Source of the DNA: an uncultured virus (IMG/VR IMGVR_UViG_3300021368_000006)
Lineage: Duplodnaviria > Heunggongvirae > Uroviricota > Caudoviricetes
IMG/VR virus record: IMGVR_UViG_3300021368_000006
Coordinates: 1 to 64,000 of that record
Direction: 5' to 3' (one strand)
Length of the DNA stretch: 64,000 nucleotides
Shown here: positions 31,302-42,801 of the stretch, one piece after another
Layout of the letters: each line of letters begins with the position of its first letter
Numbering within the stretch: the stretch's first letter is position 1
Notes under the pieces: model-generated
The model's input: only the letters and a program-made list of their open reading frames with translations
What the model was told of the DNA's origin: nothing
The model's database searches: none
Program-made: the position numbers and the translations under genes

Positions 31302-33601
31302 TGGATATGAATATGTTTTCGGGTAGAGAAGGAATGGTTTGGTGGCAAGGTGTCATCGAAGACGTAAAAGATCCAGAAGCTCTCGGCCGAGTAAAGGTTA
31401 GAATTATCGGATGGCATACTGCAGATAAGGCAATTCTGCCCACAGAAAAACTTCCATGGGCGTCCCCAATCATGCCTATTACTAGTTCATCTACTGGTGG
31501 CATCGGACAATCTCCAACAGGTGCATTGCCTGGTGCATGGGTTATGGGATTTTTTAGAGATGGTGAGCAAGGTCAAGACCCTATAATTTTTGGAACAGTT
31601 TATGGCCGTCCAACAGAGGGTTCCGAAACAAACGCAGATGGAACATATCCTTCAGATAGTGGATCAGTATTTGGTGGTTCTACTAAAGACGAATCTGATG
31701 TTAATAGACTTGCAAGAGGTGTAAAGGATAGTACATCCAATACAAACGGTGGTGATGAAAACACATCTTCTTCTGGAAATACAACCGAATGCGGAAAAGA
31801 AGTTAACCAAGATGGCGTTTCAAGTGATAAAGAAAATAGAAAAAGACTTAGTAAGATTACTACAAAGTCTGGAAAGAGTGCTTGGGTTGCTACAGTATTT
31901 AAAGATCAGTTCCAAGGATTTGTGAATGAACTTGAGGGTACAGGATATGTTATTAAAAGTATTGGTGGATATGCATATAGAAAAAATGTAAATAATCCAA
32001 GTAGATTTAGTTACCATGCCAGTGGTGCTGCTATTGATATTAATCCTGCCGAGAATCCTAATGGTAATACACTAATAACAGATATGCCAGATGGCGTATC
32101 ATCTATTGCCAGAAAGTATGGTCTAGGTTGGGGTGGCGATTGGAATAGTGTTAAGGATGCAATGCATTTTAGTGCTGCGTCTGGGGAAAGGGGTTCTACT
32201 CCCTTAAAAAGAAATGGTATTGTTCCTGACCCAGCATCAGGTAGTCAGGCTGAAAGTACGTCTGGTGGTGGTACTGAGAAGCCTGGAGAGAGTCAGGAGT
32301 GTGATACTGTAACGACTAGTGAATCTGGAGCAACTTCTAGTAGATCCGCAGACACTGCTGCACAACAACAAAGTCAGGCGCCTTCTGCAAGTGCAACGCA
32401 ATGGTCTGCTGGAAAATCTTATAATGAAGGTGATTTGGTGAAATCGCCGCCACTAGAAGAGGGAGAAGAGTCTAGTGGGCCTCCATATACAATGCGTTCT
32501 GGAACTTTGGCAGCTGCCGAAGCACTTGGAATCAGTGCGATTGATCTTGCAACAGTGATGTCATATGAAACTGGTGGCACACTCGATCCTCAGAAAAGAG
32601 GGCCCACCACTAAATGGGGTCAACACAGGGGACTTATTCAATTCGGAGAGCCACAGGCAAAACAATACGGTGTAGACTTCAGTACCCCACAAACAGCAAT
32701 AGACACTCAACTTGGCCCAAGTGGTGCGGTGGTTAAGTATTTACGAGATAAGGGTGTCAGGCCTGGCATGGGTAGACTAGAAGTTTATTCTGCAATCAAT
32801 GCTGGTGGTATCGGAGAAAAGTATTATAGTCGCTCAGATACCGCAGCTGGCGGGGCAGCAGGGACTGTAAGAGACAAAGTAAACAATCAGATGGAAGGAC
32901 ATGAAAGAAACGCCAAGCGTCTTCTAGCGGGTTCTAATGACAGTACATTTGTCCAACAAAAAACCTTTATTGCAAAAAACTCTGGAACATCTGATGTGGA
33001 AGGTAACGGCCCAACATCATCAAGTTTAAAAGATGGTGACATTCTTTGGGAAGTATATGAAGATCCATTACCAGTGATTGATGATGCAGTGGAAGAAGGT
33101 AGTGTGGTAGATGTGGATCAGTCTCCATCAACATTTAATGCAAACTCTGGCAACTCTTCATATGGACAGGACACATATAATCCACGTTCTATTGTCGAAA
33201 TGAAAAAGGAAAGCACTGAAAGTACAGAACTATTTGATGAACCACCAACTCCATACGCTGCAGAGTATCCACACAACAAAGTGTTATCTACTGAGTCTGG
33301 ACACCATCAAGAGTTTGATGACACGCCCGGCGCAGAAAGAATACATACATATCATAGGTCTGGAACATTTGAAGAAATACATCCAGATGGTTCTGTGGTC
33401 ACAAAAGTTGTTAAGGATAATTATGAAATTATCTTTGGTAATAATAATATTTACGTTAAGGGAACGATTAACGTTGTTGTAGATGCAGATGTAAATATTA
33501 GAGTGGGTGGCAATGTCGATGCGAAAGTCGGTGGAACAATTGATACCGAATCTGGTGGGAATACCACAATAAAAGCACCAAACATTCATTTAAATCCATA
33601 A
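31301..33601 (+). CDS. gp5: Baseplate hub/spike protein with M15 peptidase and lysozyme-like domains
   Basis: WWQGVIED..DP..LGRVKVRI OB-fold; YP.NKV..TESGH..EFDDTPGAERI; C-terminal beta-helix. Confidence 0.93.
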   Translation: MDMNMFSGREGMVWWQGVIEDVKDPEALGRVKVRIIGWHTADKAILPTEKLPWASPIMPITSSSTGGIGQSPTGALPGAWVMGFFRDGEQGQDPIIFGTVYGRPTEGSETNADGTYPSDSGSVFGGSTKDESDVNRLARGVKDSTSNTNGGDENTSSSGNTTECGKEVNQDGVSSDKENRKRLSKITTKSGKSAWVATVFKDQFQGFVNELEGTGYVIKSIGGYAYRKNVNNPSRFSYHASGAAIDINPAENPNGNTLITDMPDGVSSIARKYGLGWGGDWNSVKDAMHFSAASGERGSTPLKRNGIVPDPASGSQAESTSGGGTEKPGESQECDTVTTSESGATSSRSADTAAQQQSQAPSASATQWSAGKSYNEGDLVKSPPLEEGEESSGPPYTMRSGTLAAAEALGISAIDLATVMSYETGGTLDPQKRGPTTKWGQHRGLIQFGEPQAKQYGVDFSTPQTAIDTQLGPSGAVVKYLRDKGVRPGMGRLEVYSAINAGGIGEKYYSRSDTAAGGAAGTVRDKVNNQMEGHERNAKRLLAGSNDSTFVQQKTFIAKNSGTSDVEGNGPTSSSLKDGDILWEVYEDPLPVIDDAVEEGSVVDVDQSPSTFNANSGNSSYGQDTYNPRSIVEMKKESTESTELFDEPPTPYAAEYPHNKVLSTESGHHQEFDDTPGAERIHTYHRSGTFEEIHPDGSVVTKVVKDNYEIIFGNNNIYVKGTINVVVDADVNIRVGGNVDAKVGGTIDTESGGNTTIKAPNIHLNP

Positions 33602-33610
33602 GAGGAAGTC

Positions 33611-34126
33611 ATGTCAAATTTAAGTAGTGCAGAAGAAAAACTTGGGATATTACCATCTAAGAGAGATCAATATATTGATTTTGATCTAACGTTTAGACGA
33701 AATCCAGTCAGTGGAGATGTTTTAATCAAAAAAGATATTAGTTCAATAAATCAAAGTATTAAAAATATTTTATTGACTAATAAACTCGAAAAACCATTTA
33801 AACCAAGGTTCGGTGGAAATATTTACAACACTTTATTTGATTTAATGACGAATTGGGATTATAAGGGTTCGCCGCATGACATAAATATGCAAGAAGAGAT
33901 AAAACTTGCGTTAAAAATACATGAACCAAGAATAATAGTTTCTGATGTTAATTTTTTCTCTAGAGAAAGAGTTATGTCATCGTTGAAAGGAATAAAGACA
34001 GAAGACGAAAGAACCAGACAGGCACAGTTAGTAGATAATAATACCTTGGAAGTTAGTATAGTATACAATGTCCCTGCATCTGAAGAAGATATATCATTTC
34101 AATTTAGTATAAAAAGAGTACGATAA
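33611..34126 (+). CDS. gp25: Baseplate wedge subunit
   Basis: Y.D.DL.F...P, SIKNILLT...EKPF.P.FG, EPRI. Confidence 0.9.
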   Translation: MSNLSSAEEKLGILPSKRDQYIDFDLTFRRNPVSGDVLIKKDISSINQSIKNILLTNKLEKPFKPRFGGNIYNTLFDLMTNWDYKGSPHDINMQEEIKLALKIHEPRIIVSDVNFFSRERVMSSLKGIKTEDERTRQAQLVDNNTLEVSIVYNVPASEEDISFQFSIKRVR

Positions 34127-36067
34127 ATGGCTAAAAACATAAACATATCAGATTTAAGTTTTGATGGAATAAAAGACAATATCAAAAAATACATGGAGAA
34201 TGATAAAGTTTTCAAAGACTATAACTTTGATGGCTCTGCACTGTCTAGTATACTCGACATACTATCATACAATACATATTATAACTCATATTATATGAAT
34301 ATGATTGCAAATGAAAGTTTTTTAGATACCGCAAGAATTCGTGAGAACGTTGTATCCAAAGCAAAGTTATTGGGTTATACCCCACGTTCTAATAAGTCTG
34401 CGACTGCATTGGTTGCAGTAACATTTAAGATTATTAGAAAGAATAGGCCCGAAAGAGATTATCAATACAACACATTAAGAATCGATAGACAACTTGCATT
34501 TTCTAGTTCGATTGATAACGAATCTTATATTTTTGTTCCGAAGGTTTCTAGATCGATTACAAGGTCACGCTCTGAAGCAGAAGGCGGGGCAAGAGCGCAC
34601 TACTATACTATAAACGATTTAGAATTGTTTCAAGGTCAACAGGTAGAAGAAAAGTTTGTTGTTGATATTAATAATCCAAACCAAAAATTTATTTTATCTA
34701 ACGAAACTGTAGATACTGACACTATTCAAGTTCTAGTACAGGCAAGTGCAGAAGATGATGTTGTCACTGAATTTAAATTGGCAACTGATACTACACAACT
34801 TTCAGATATTTCTAAAACATATTTTCTTCAAGAATCGAAAGATATGAAGTATGAAATATTTTTTGGAGATGGTGTTCTTGGTGACGAAGTAGAAAATGGT
34901 AATATCATTACGGTTCGTTATATTACAACAAAGGGCGCTGATGGAAATGGTATAACTGGAAGACTTACTGCAGTTGCATTACCTAAAGGTGTGATCGTTG
35001 ATACTGAAAATGTTCAGATTATTGGTGAAAGTTATGGTGGTGCTGACAGGGAAGATATTGAGTCTATTAAATTTTTTGCACCAAGAACATTCGAAAGTCA
35101 AAATAGAGCAGTTACTGCCAGAGACTATAAAGCGATTGTTCCACAAATTTATCCAGAGGTAGACACGATGAATGTTTGGGGTGGAGAAGATAATGACCCT
35201 CCTGCATATGGTTCTGTGTTTATGTCTATTAAACCAAATACTGGATTAATTCTTTCCACTCAAGAAAAACAATATATTTTAAATCAGTTAAAAAGTAATT
35301 ATTCGGTTCTTACTCTTTCGCCTCAAATTGTCGACCCTGATTATTTAAAATTGAAGATAACCACAAATGTAAAGTATAATGATGAGGCGACTTTATTAGA
35401 CGAATCGGCACTAAAAGAATCTGTAAGACAAAATATCATTTCTTACAATAACGAGTTTCTAAATGAATTTAATAGTTATTTTAGATATTCGCAGTTCTTG
35501 TCTGCCATTGATAAAACCGATGATTCTGTTACAAACAATATAACAGAAATTTTGATGATTAATGAAAAAACTCCAGTATATAATGGTGTTGCATCATATA
35601 CATTCAATTTTAATAATGCAATACGTCCTAATAGTTTGTATTCTAATGCATTTACTATTGCTGGATCAAGTGACCCTCATTATATTGAAGATGACGGATT
35701 GGGTGGATTGAGAATATACACATTAACTCCATTATTCGCTAGAAAATATAATAATGTTTTGGGCGGAACTATTAACTATGGAACTGGTAAAGTTGTTTTA
35801 AATGATATTCAGATTACAGGCATTGTTGGCTCAACCGTTTTAGGTTTGGTTGCAGAACCAGAATCTAATGATATATTTCCTGTTCGTAATCAAATTATCT
35901 TTATTGATTATGACGAACTTGATATTGTAATGATGCCTGATACAGATGAGTTTAATGAAAACTATGATATCTCTTCTCAAAGAGTGGTTGTTACTAGATC
36001 TCTTAGAACAACATATAATACATCACAGGCAAGTATTACAAATGTAATATCTGATACTACAACATAA
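34127..36067 (+). CDS. gp6: Baseplate wedge subunit
   Basis: FKDYNFDGS.LS.ILDILSYNT.YN, NESFLDTA..R..VVS.AK.LGYTP, QNRAVTA.DY. Confidence 0.95.
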   Translation: MAKNINISDLSFDGIKDNIKKYMENDKVFKDYNFDGSALSSILDILSYNTYYNSYYMNMIANESFLDTARIRENVVSKAKLLGYTPRSNKSATALVAVTFKIIRKNRPERDYQYNTLRIDRQLAFSSSIDNESYIFVPKVSRSITRSRSEAEGGARAHYYTINDLELFQGQQVEEKFVVDINNPNQKFILSNETVDTDTIQVLVQASAEDDVVTEFKLATDTTQLSDISKTYFLQESKDMKYEIFFGDGVLGDEVENGNIITVRYITTKGADGNGITGRLTAVALPKGVIVDTENVQIIGESYGGADREDIESIKFFAPRTFESQNRAVTARDYKAIVPQIYPEVDTMNVWGGEDNDPPAYGSVFMSIKPNTGLILSTQEKQYILNQLKSNYSVLTLSPQIVDPDYLKLKITTNVKYNDEATLLDESALKESVRQNIISYNNEFLNEFNSYFRYSQFLSAIDKTDDSVTNNITEILMINEKTPVYNGVASYTFNFNNAIRPNSLYSNAFTIAGSSDPHYIEDDGLGGLRIYTLTPLFARKYNNVLGGTINYGTGKVVLNDIQITGIVGSTVLGLVAEPESNDIFPVRNQIIFIDYDELDIVMMPDTDEFNENYDISSQRVVVTRSLRTTYNTSQASITNVISDTTT

Positions 36068-36085
36068 CAGCAGAAGTTAAATTAA

Positions 36086-39000
36086 ATGGATAAAACTAAT
36101 TTACAAAACATTGCATCTAGAATAAGAGAACAACTCCCTACTTACTTGAACAGTAGTGAGTATGATAACTTTGTTCGTTTTTTAGAATTATATTACGAAT
36201 GGTTGGCGTTAGATGACAATGTTAGTAATGTAACTGGAAAACTTACTTCTCTAACAGATTTAGACGAAACTTTTGATATATTTGTCCAAGAGTTTAAGTC
36301 TGAACTTGCTGGTGCATGGCCCACAATTACTAAGATTAAAACAAATAATCAAATTGCAACTGAAATCTTGCAAGAAGAAAACAATGGTGAGGATGCAGAA
36401 ACGTCTATAGATACTACTGCTGACCAAGAATTTTTTACCGATGGAGTTTCTGCAAAATATGTAATGGATTATTTCAATCCGTTTTATTATTTTTCAGATC
36501 AAAATGTAGATACAAAAGTTACTAAGATACGAGTCTTTATAAATGATGTTAATTTTGCTGGAAGGGTCGGTGAATCATTAAGTGAGGTTGTGGATAATTT
36601 AACACCCCCAAATGATGACCCAACAGCAAGCACTGGTGATTGGGTCGAGTTAATTGAGGGAATTGATTATAGACTTTTAGAAAATTCTATTATTTTTCAA
36701 GATGAAAATAACGATCCGATTGTTCACGATAATCGTGATATTATAAAAATCAGATTTTATTTAAGAACTTTTATAAATCCTGTTGCAGACGCAGATACTG
36801 AAGATACAATCCAAAAATTAGTTGAAGAAAGTGGAAAAGAAAAAACCAGATATACTAATGAAAGAAACTTTTTAAAATTAATTAACAAGTTCTACAAACA
36901 AAAGGGCAGCGAAGCTTCCTATAAGTTTTTGTTTAGGGCGTTGTTTAATGAAGATATAGAAATATATTATCCAAAAGAAAACTTGTTAAAACCAAGTTCT
37001 AATACTTGGCAAACACTAACAAGTCTTAGAACTGTTCCGTATGAAGGCCCAATTAAAATTAATCAACCACTATTTATTGAAGGTGTATCTAGTGGGGCCT
37101 CAGCGAACATCGAATATTTTAATGACTATACTTTAAGTGACTATAAAGTTCGTGAATATGTAATTAGTTCAATCAATGGTGAGTTTTCTAGTAAAGAAAC
37201 CGTAAGAATAAAACAAAACGATGCCTCCATTTATGAAGAAAGTTTATATGAATGTGTCGTAGGATTTGAAATAGAAAATCCTGGCGAAGATATGCCAAGA
37301 AATTTAACACTGCAAAATAACTTGTCTTCGAATGGAAGTGGTTATGGGTTTGCTGCAAAAATTGCACATACTTCTTATGGCCCAGTTGAAAATATCAAAA
37401 TTGTCAATAATGGAGATCAGTATATTACTGGGGAAACAATTGAGTTTCAAAATGGTAATACATTAGGTTCATATGCTATTGGACAAATTAGTTCGATTCA
37501 ATCTGTTAAAAATAATTTTAGTGTTTCATTTTTTCAAAACCCAGAAAGTTTGGAATATCCAGTCATGTCATTTGATATTGGACTGTCTGGTTATGATTTT
37601 GGCCCTAGAGCCCAAAACCCATCTGTTACGATTGAGAATATAGATTATCTCTATGATGATGTTTTTTATCTATATGACTATGAGGACATTTATAATAGAA
37701 AAATCACACACCAGGCCCAAACATTTTTTGCCGCTGTCAAAGATTATAAAACTGGGGAGTTGAGTTCGACTTATAGAAGTTCTATAACTCCAGTCGAAGA
37801 ACCACCATTCATAATTACAAATTTAAATGAAGGTGACCCTACAGAATATAGATTAAGAACAGACTTAGAATTTCAAGTTACATCTGTAAATGAATTTGGT
37901 GGTATTACTGGAGTTTCAATTACAAATAACTTAGCAAGTCCAACCAATGTTTTCCCACAAGTCGCAGATGTGAGAAATCAAACCGCAACTTATCATCAGG
38001 GTAGAGGTGTGGGTGCGTTGTTTGATGTTGCATATCTTGATAATGCAATAACTTCTGTTACTTTAGGAAGTCAAGATAATTCTAAACACTATGTTCCTGG
38101 CGATTTTATTAAAATTGATGGTGAACAATTTTATAATGGTGTGTCTGGTGTTCACGATATCTTTATAAAAGTATTAACAGTTACAGGTGGCGCAGCATAC
38201 TTAAATCTAGATTCATCTTCATATACTACAACCTCTAGAATTGGTTCGGGTGCTGTATGGGATATTGATACAGACGAACCAACATATCCTCAAAATCTTT
38301 CTGTTCTTTTGAGTGATGCAAATGCACAAGGAATTTTATCACCAACCACGAATTATATTGTCGGTGATAAATTTACAATTTTAGGTTCTGTTGTGGGTGG
38401 TACTGATGGAGAGAACGATATAACAATTACCGTCACACAAGTCAATGATGAAGGACGAATTGAAGATTTTGAAGTTTTTGCCGATCCAATAGGTGGACAT
38501 ATAGAAACATTTGAAGTTTTAAACCCAAATACTCCAATGCCGGATGGTTACTCATATTACTACGCACCACAATATACCGCCTCTACTCAAAATGGTGGAA
38601 CTTCTGGAACAGGTGCAATATTTAATTTCATTAGAAGAGATGGAACAACATATTATGTGACAAATCCTGCATCAAGATTTAATGGAATTAACTATTCTGT
38701 TGGAGATTCAATCACAATACTTGGTAGTGAATTGGGAGGTGTTGATGGAATTAACGATCTAGTTTTTGATGTAATTAAGATTGATGATAATGGTGGTATA
38801 TTACAGATTGGAAATATTACTGGTACGGCGATTAATTCATCACCAGAAAATCTAGACAAAAATGAAAATCTAGTTAGTGTTATGACCAATGGTTATGGTG
38901 CAACCTTTGATATCAATATTAATAACGGTGTATATAGTGTTACACCAAATCAACCAGGCGCTAATTATCTTGAAGGACAAAATTTTAAGATTAAAGGTTA

Positions 39001-42000
39001 TAAATTAGCACATCAATACTTAAAAGAAGGATTTAAGGCGGGACTTTCGAAAGTTGGAGAACACGCACTATACACAGATTATGGATGGTTAAGAAGTGAT
39101 AACATCGATCTAAAATTTGATAATGAGTTAACTAATAAAGAACTAACAATAGACTTTTGGTATTTCAGAAAATCTATCTCTATTACAGATATAGATTCGC
39201 CTGGCGGTGTTATCTTTGCAATCAATAGTGAAGATGGTGGAACTCAGCATTTAACTCTTTGGCAAAATTATGATGGTACAATTGATTTAATCGATTCTTC
39301 TGGTAATACCCTTGGTGCAAGATCAGTTCCATTTGGAGAATGGAACCATATTGCAATTTATTTCTCTAATGGTGGAACTTCTATCTATATGAATGGCCTA
39401 TTAGAAAACACTATCCCCGGCGTCAACATGTTGAATTATAGTACAAATTCAAATTTCTATATTGGCGCAAGACAGATTGTAGATGGAAATTCTTTAGTAA
39501 TTATGAATGATTATACTCTTGGTTTCTTTGGTGCATTCAGAATGACTAAAGGAGAGAGATACGTTGCCAGTTATGAATCTAATATCAATTTGCAAGGAGA
39601 TCCTGCAGCAATTGAGGCGGCATTTGATGCTTGGTATAGATTTTCACATTCTGGTGCATCATCATACCAAGCAATCCCCAGCGACTTGTCTGCATGGATT
39701 TATAACTCTAGTACAAATAGTATTGAATGTACCGCAAACACAGGTAGTTTTACTGGTTTTATTGGCCCAACTCCTGCAACAAACTTAGAATTTGAATCCG
39801 TCATGTCAAGTACTTCATCAGATGATGATACACTTGCGCTTATAATTGGATTTGTGACTAATGGATTACAACCTACAGACGCTGGATATAAAGAATATAC
39901 TTTAAGTGCGGTCAGAAATATGGGCGGAACTACTCCTAATGTTGGTTGGGGAATAGTATATAATTATCTACAAGATGATCAGATTGTTCTTCAAACATCT
40001 AATGTACCATTTATTTCTGGTGGTTGGAGTGCAAATGGCGCCACAAAAGTAAAAGTAATCAAAAATGGTGCAAATATATATGCAACTACTTCACAGAATG
40101 GATCAACTTCTTTAGATTCATCAACTACACTTTATGTCGATTTAAGTACAAATCCAGTCTTAAATAAATTTGAAGGTGCAATCCAGTGGGGATTTGGCGC
40201 ACATAGTCAAGATGCTGCAAACTTTTCATTGTTAGATGCATCGGGGTCATCTACTGGTGTTACAATTGAAGACAAAGGAACCCAGAATCCTGTTTCTGGT
40301 AATGGAATAAGTCCTGAACATGTCAATCCTATTCCTTTTAAACAAAATATTAGACAGTCATCTAGATATGTAGAAAGAGTGAATGCCGTTGGCGGAGAAA
40401 CGGAAATTGAGTTATTCTATGACGTTGATTCCGCATTGAGAATATTCAAAGTTACAGATAGTATTATCACTCCAGAAAACATTCCAGATGCATTCCCAAC
40501 AAATCCTATAGATCAGTTGATATGGGAATGGGCTGATAATTATTATATCTGGATTGATGGTTCGTGGAAAAATTATATTGAACTTGACCCAGCTGATTAT
40601 AATGCGACAACTGGTACTGCGATAACCTTTACTAATCCGTTGGCCGCTGGTGATATTATAATGATTAGATATTATGGTGCCTTATCAGACAAACTTGAAT
40701 ATGTGATATTCAATAGTGAATCTTTAGTAGAACCAAATAAAATCAGATTGAGAAGGTGGGTAGATAATCCTCAAACTCTTGATGACACTATGGCTCAATA
40801 TCAATTGCCTGATGCCCACACACTGACTGTTGAGTGGGAAGAAATTCCAAAATCTGGTATTGAGACTACTAGACTTATTACAGGTGGCGAAGGTTATGTT
40901 AGATATCCATATGGAAATGTGGCGAGAGAAACATTGTCATACACTTCTACAGGTAGAAATGGAGTTTTACGAGGACTTGGAAAAGATATTGGCAAGATTA
41001 ATAGATTGGAAATATACTCAAACCCATTTAGAGAAGATTTTGACGGTTTCGGGGTTGGATATGATACACCACCTGAAGTTGACTTGAGTGGTTATGGTAA
41101 CGGTCAGGCATCTATTAAAGTATTAACTGGGCCTCTATGTGTTCGTGAAGGTGTTTATGTCAATCAACAAGGATTTATTTCAGATGATAATCGTATTCAT
41201 GATGGATATCTATGGCAGGATTATTCTTATGTTGTAAAAGTAAACAGATATATTGATGAGTGGAGAAGAATAGTTAAGAAGATTATTCACCCCGCTGGTT
41301 TGATGATGTTTGGAGAATTTACTACTCTAACCAAGGCCTCTGTAAGAAAAGGACTTGGAGTTGTATATCGTGAACTCATGTATGAGATCATTAAAAATGT
41401 TAATTTGAGAATGCGTAATATGGATGGTAGTGGAAGTTGGACATATGCTACTGCCCAACAAACTGATATCAACGATTTGAATTCTCATGGTTATTATTTT
41501 GTGTATGATAATCGTCAACTTAGTATTGACAGTGAAATTGATGGTCTTTATCAGGGTGTAGGAACTGGAGAGATATCTGATGATACGGCCGGTGCAGCAA
41601 CAGTAGACAGTGGGTCTGGTAGATACGCATTATTGGATGAAAATGGAAACAATGCGTTGCGTTGGTCAGATGTAAAGAAAATCGCAATCAACTACAAAGA
41701 CGCATACGGAAAAGATTATGGACATTATTGGTCATCTAAAATCCTTGGTAACACATTTACAATATACGATACATCTGATGAGAGTATGACCAATGATGAA
41801 TGGATAAATGTAAGGCCTTGGGCAAAGTATGTTGTAGAGAGTGTGGAATTGGATCCTGACTATCTTGACAGAATTGCAGTTTTTGATGTGAAGATTATTC
41901 AGTCGTATAGAGAACTTCCTTCTACCGCTCCTCAGAATAGAGTTGAGTTTAGGTGGGACAACATTTGGCGTGGAAATGTAAACAGACAACCAAACTATTG

Positions 42001-42751
42001 GGTTGGTGCTATTGCAGATGGTGCAAATCCAAGAGATGAAAAAATGGTGATAAATATAACAGGTAAGTATATGTTCTATAAAAACTATACTGGCGACCTA
42101 CCTACATTGCACACTACATATAGGTCACTAGAAAGGTTTAAGTTTTACTTTACTTCCAGATTCCCTTGGGAAAGGTTGAGACCATTACTGTTTAGTCCTC
42201 AGAGAGAAATGGATAATTCTCCATATCTGATAAAACGACCAATTGTAAATGGAAATGGATTGACTCATATTCCTGCAAAGGCAGAAGGTCTTGGAATTTG
42301 GTATCACTTACCAGTGGATGCAACAGATAATGATTGGATTGCAAATACAGACGGAACAGATCATAATTGGAGAAATACTGTAATTGAAGACATTGTAAGA
42401 CTTGCAGATAACAAATATCGTGCAGTTTTAGATTCGTTTATTAATATTACACCTGTATTCTTGATAATGAGTGAGGAAGAACCAGATATCCCAACTAGAA
42501 AAAGACTGGGCCCTACAAATTTAACAATTGAGAGAATAAAATTTAATGATAGATTACAATCAGGACTTGATTATAACGTAGATAGAATTGACTATGACGA
42601 AAATTTATTAGACTTGAATACTTTTATAAAGTATCAGGCAGAACATATTCACGATAAGTCAAATGTCGCACCAGAATCGTCTATTGTACTGTATAATACG
42701 AATCCAACAACAATTGAAGAATTAAATGAACAGATTGTTCTGAAAGACTAA
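36086..42751 (+). CDS. gp7: Baseplate wedge initiator, greatly expanded
   Basis: FV.FLE.YYEW, FYKQKGSE.SY.FLFR.LF, WQDYSYVVK, IHPAG..MFGE; between gp6 and gp8. Confidence 0.85.
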   Translation: MDKTNLQNIASRIREQLPTYLNSSEYDNFVRFLELYYEWLALDDNVSNVTGKLTSLTDLDETFDIFVQEFKSELAGAWPTITKIKTNNQIATEILQEENNGEDAETSIDTTADQEFFTDGVSAKYVMDYFNPFYYFSDQNVDTKVTKIRVFINDVNFAGRVGESLSEVVDNLTPPNDDPTASTGDWVELIEGIDYRLLENSIIFQDENNDPIVHDNRDIIKIRFYLRTFINPVADADTEDTIQKLVEESGKEKTRYTNERNFLKLINKFYKQKGSEASYKFLFRALFNEDIEIYYPKENLLKPSSNTWQTLTSLRTVPYEGPIKINQPLFIEGVSSGASANIEYFNDYTLSDYKVREYVISSINGEFSSKETVRIKQNDASIYEESLYECVVGFEIENPGEDMPRNLTLQNNLSSNGSGYGFAAKIAHTSYGPVENIKIVNNGDQYITGETIEFQNGNTLGSYAIGQISSIQSVKNNFSVSFFQNPESLEYPVMSFDIGLSGYDFGPRAQNPSVTIENIDYLYDDVFYLYDYEDIYNRKITHQAQTFFAAVKDYKTGELSSTYRSSITPVEEPPFIITNLNEGDPTEYRLRTDLEFQVTSVNEFGGITGVSITNNLASPTNVFPQVADVRNQTATYHQGRGVGALFDVAYLDNAITSVTLGSQDNSKHYVPGDFIKIDGEQFYNGVSGVHDIFIKVLTVTGGAAYLNLDSSSYTTTSRIGSGAVWDIDTDEPTYPQNLSVLLSDANAQGILSPTTNYIVGDKFTILGSVVGGTDGENDITITVTQVNDEGRIEDFEVFADPIGGHIETFEVLNPNTPMPDGYSYYYAPQYTASTQNGGTSGTGAIFNFIRRDGTTYYVTNPASRFNGINYSVGDSITILGSELGGVDGINDLVFDVIKIDDNGGILQIGNITGTAINSSPENLDKNENLVSVMTNGYGATFDININNGVYSVTPNQPGANYLEGQNFKIKGYKLAHQYLKEGFKAGLSKVGEHALYTDYGWLRSDNIDLKFDNELTNKELTIDFWYFRKSISITDIDSPGGVIFAINSEDGGTQHLTLWQNYDGTIDLIDSSGNTLGARSVPFGEWNHIAIYFSNGGTSIYMNGLLENTIPGVNMLNYSTNSNFYIGARQIVDGNSLVIMNDYTLGFFGAFRMTKGERYVASYESNINLQGDPAAIEAAFDAWYRFSHSGASSYQAIPSDLSAWIYNSSTNSIECTANTGSFTGFIGPTPATNLEFESVMSSTSSDDDTLALIIGFVTNGLQPTDAGYKEYTLSAVRNMGGTTPNVGWGIVYNYLQDDQIVLQTSNVPFISGGWSANGATKVKVIKNGANIYATTSQNGSTSLDSSTTLYVDLSTNPVLNKFEGAIQWGFGAHSQDAANFSLLDASGSSTGVTIEDKGTQNPVSGNGISPEHVNPIPFKQNIRQSSRYVERVNAVGGETEIELFYDVDSALRIFKVTDSIITPENIPDAFPTNPIDQLIWEWADNYYIWIDGSWKNYIELDPADYNATTGTAITFTNPLAAGDIIMIRYYGALSDKLEYVIFNSESLVEPNKIRLRRWVDNPQTLDDTMAQYQLPDAHTLTVEWEEIPKSGIETTRLITGGEGYVRYPYGNVARETLSYTSTGRNGVLRGLGKDIGKINRLEIYSNPFREDFDGFGVGYDTPPEVDLSGYGNGQASIKVLTGPLCVREGVYVNQQGFISDDNRIHDGYLWQDYSYVVKVNRYIDEWRRIVKKIIHPAGLMMFGEFTTLTKASVRKGLGVVYRELMYEIIKNVNLRMRNMDGSGSWTYATAQQTDINDLNSHGYYFVYDNRQLSIDSEIDGLYQGVGTGEISDDTAGAATVDSGSGRYALLDENGNNALRWSDVKKIAINYKDAYGKDYGHYWSSKILGNTFTIYDTSDESMTNDEWINVRPWAKYVVESVELDPDYLDRIAVFDVKIIQSYRELPSTAPQNRVEFRWDNIWRGNVNRQPNYWVGAIADGANPRDEKMVINITGKYMFYKNYTGDLPTLHTTYRSLERFKFYFTSRFPWERLRPLLFSPQREMDNSPYLIKRPIVNGNGLTHIPAKAEGLGIWYHLPVDATDNDWIANTDGTDHNWRNTVIEDIVRLADNKYRAVLDSFINITPVFLIMSEEEPDIPTRKRLGPTNLTIERIKFNDRLQSGLDYNVDRIDYDENLLDLNTFIKYQAEHIHDKSNVAPESSIVLYNTNPTTIEELNEQIVLKD

Positions 42752-42760
42752 AAAATAAAT

Positions 42761-42768
42761 TATAAATA
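42761..42768 (+). promoter_or_regulatory. T4-type late promoter
   Basis: TATAAATA upstream of gp8. Confidence 0.75.
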
Positions 42769-42801
42769 GTATAAAATTCATGACACTAAAAAGGTAAAAA
42801 A

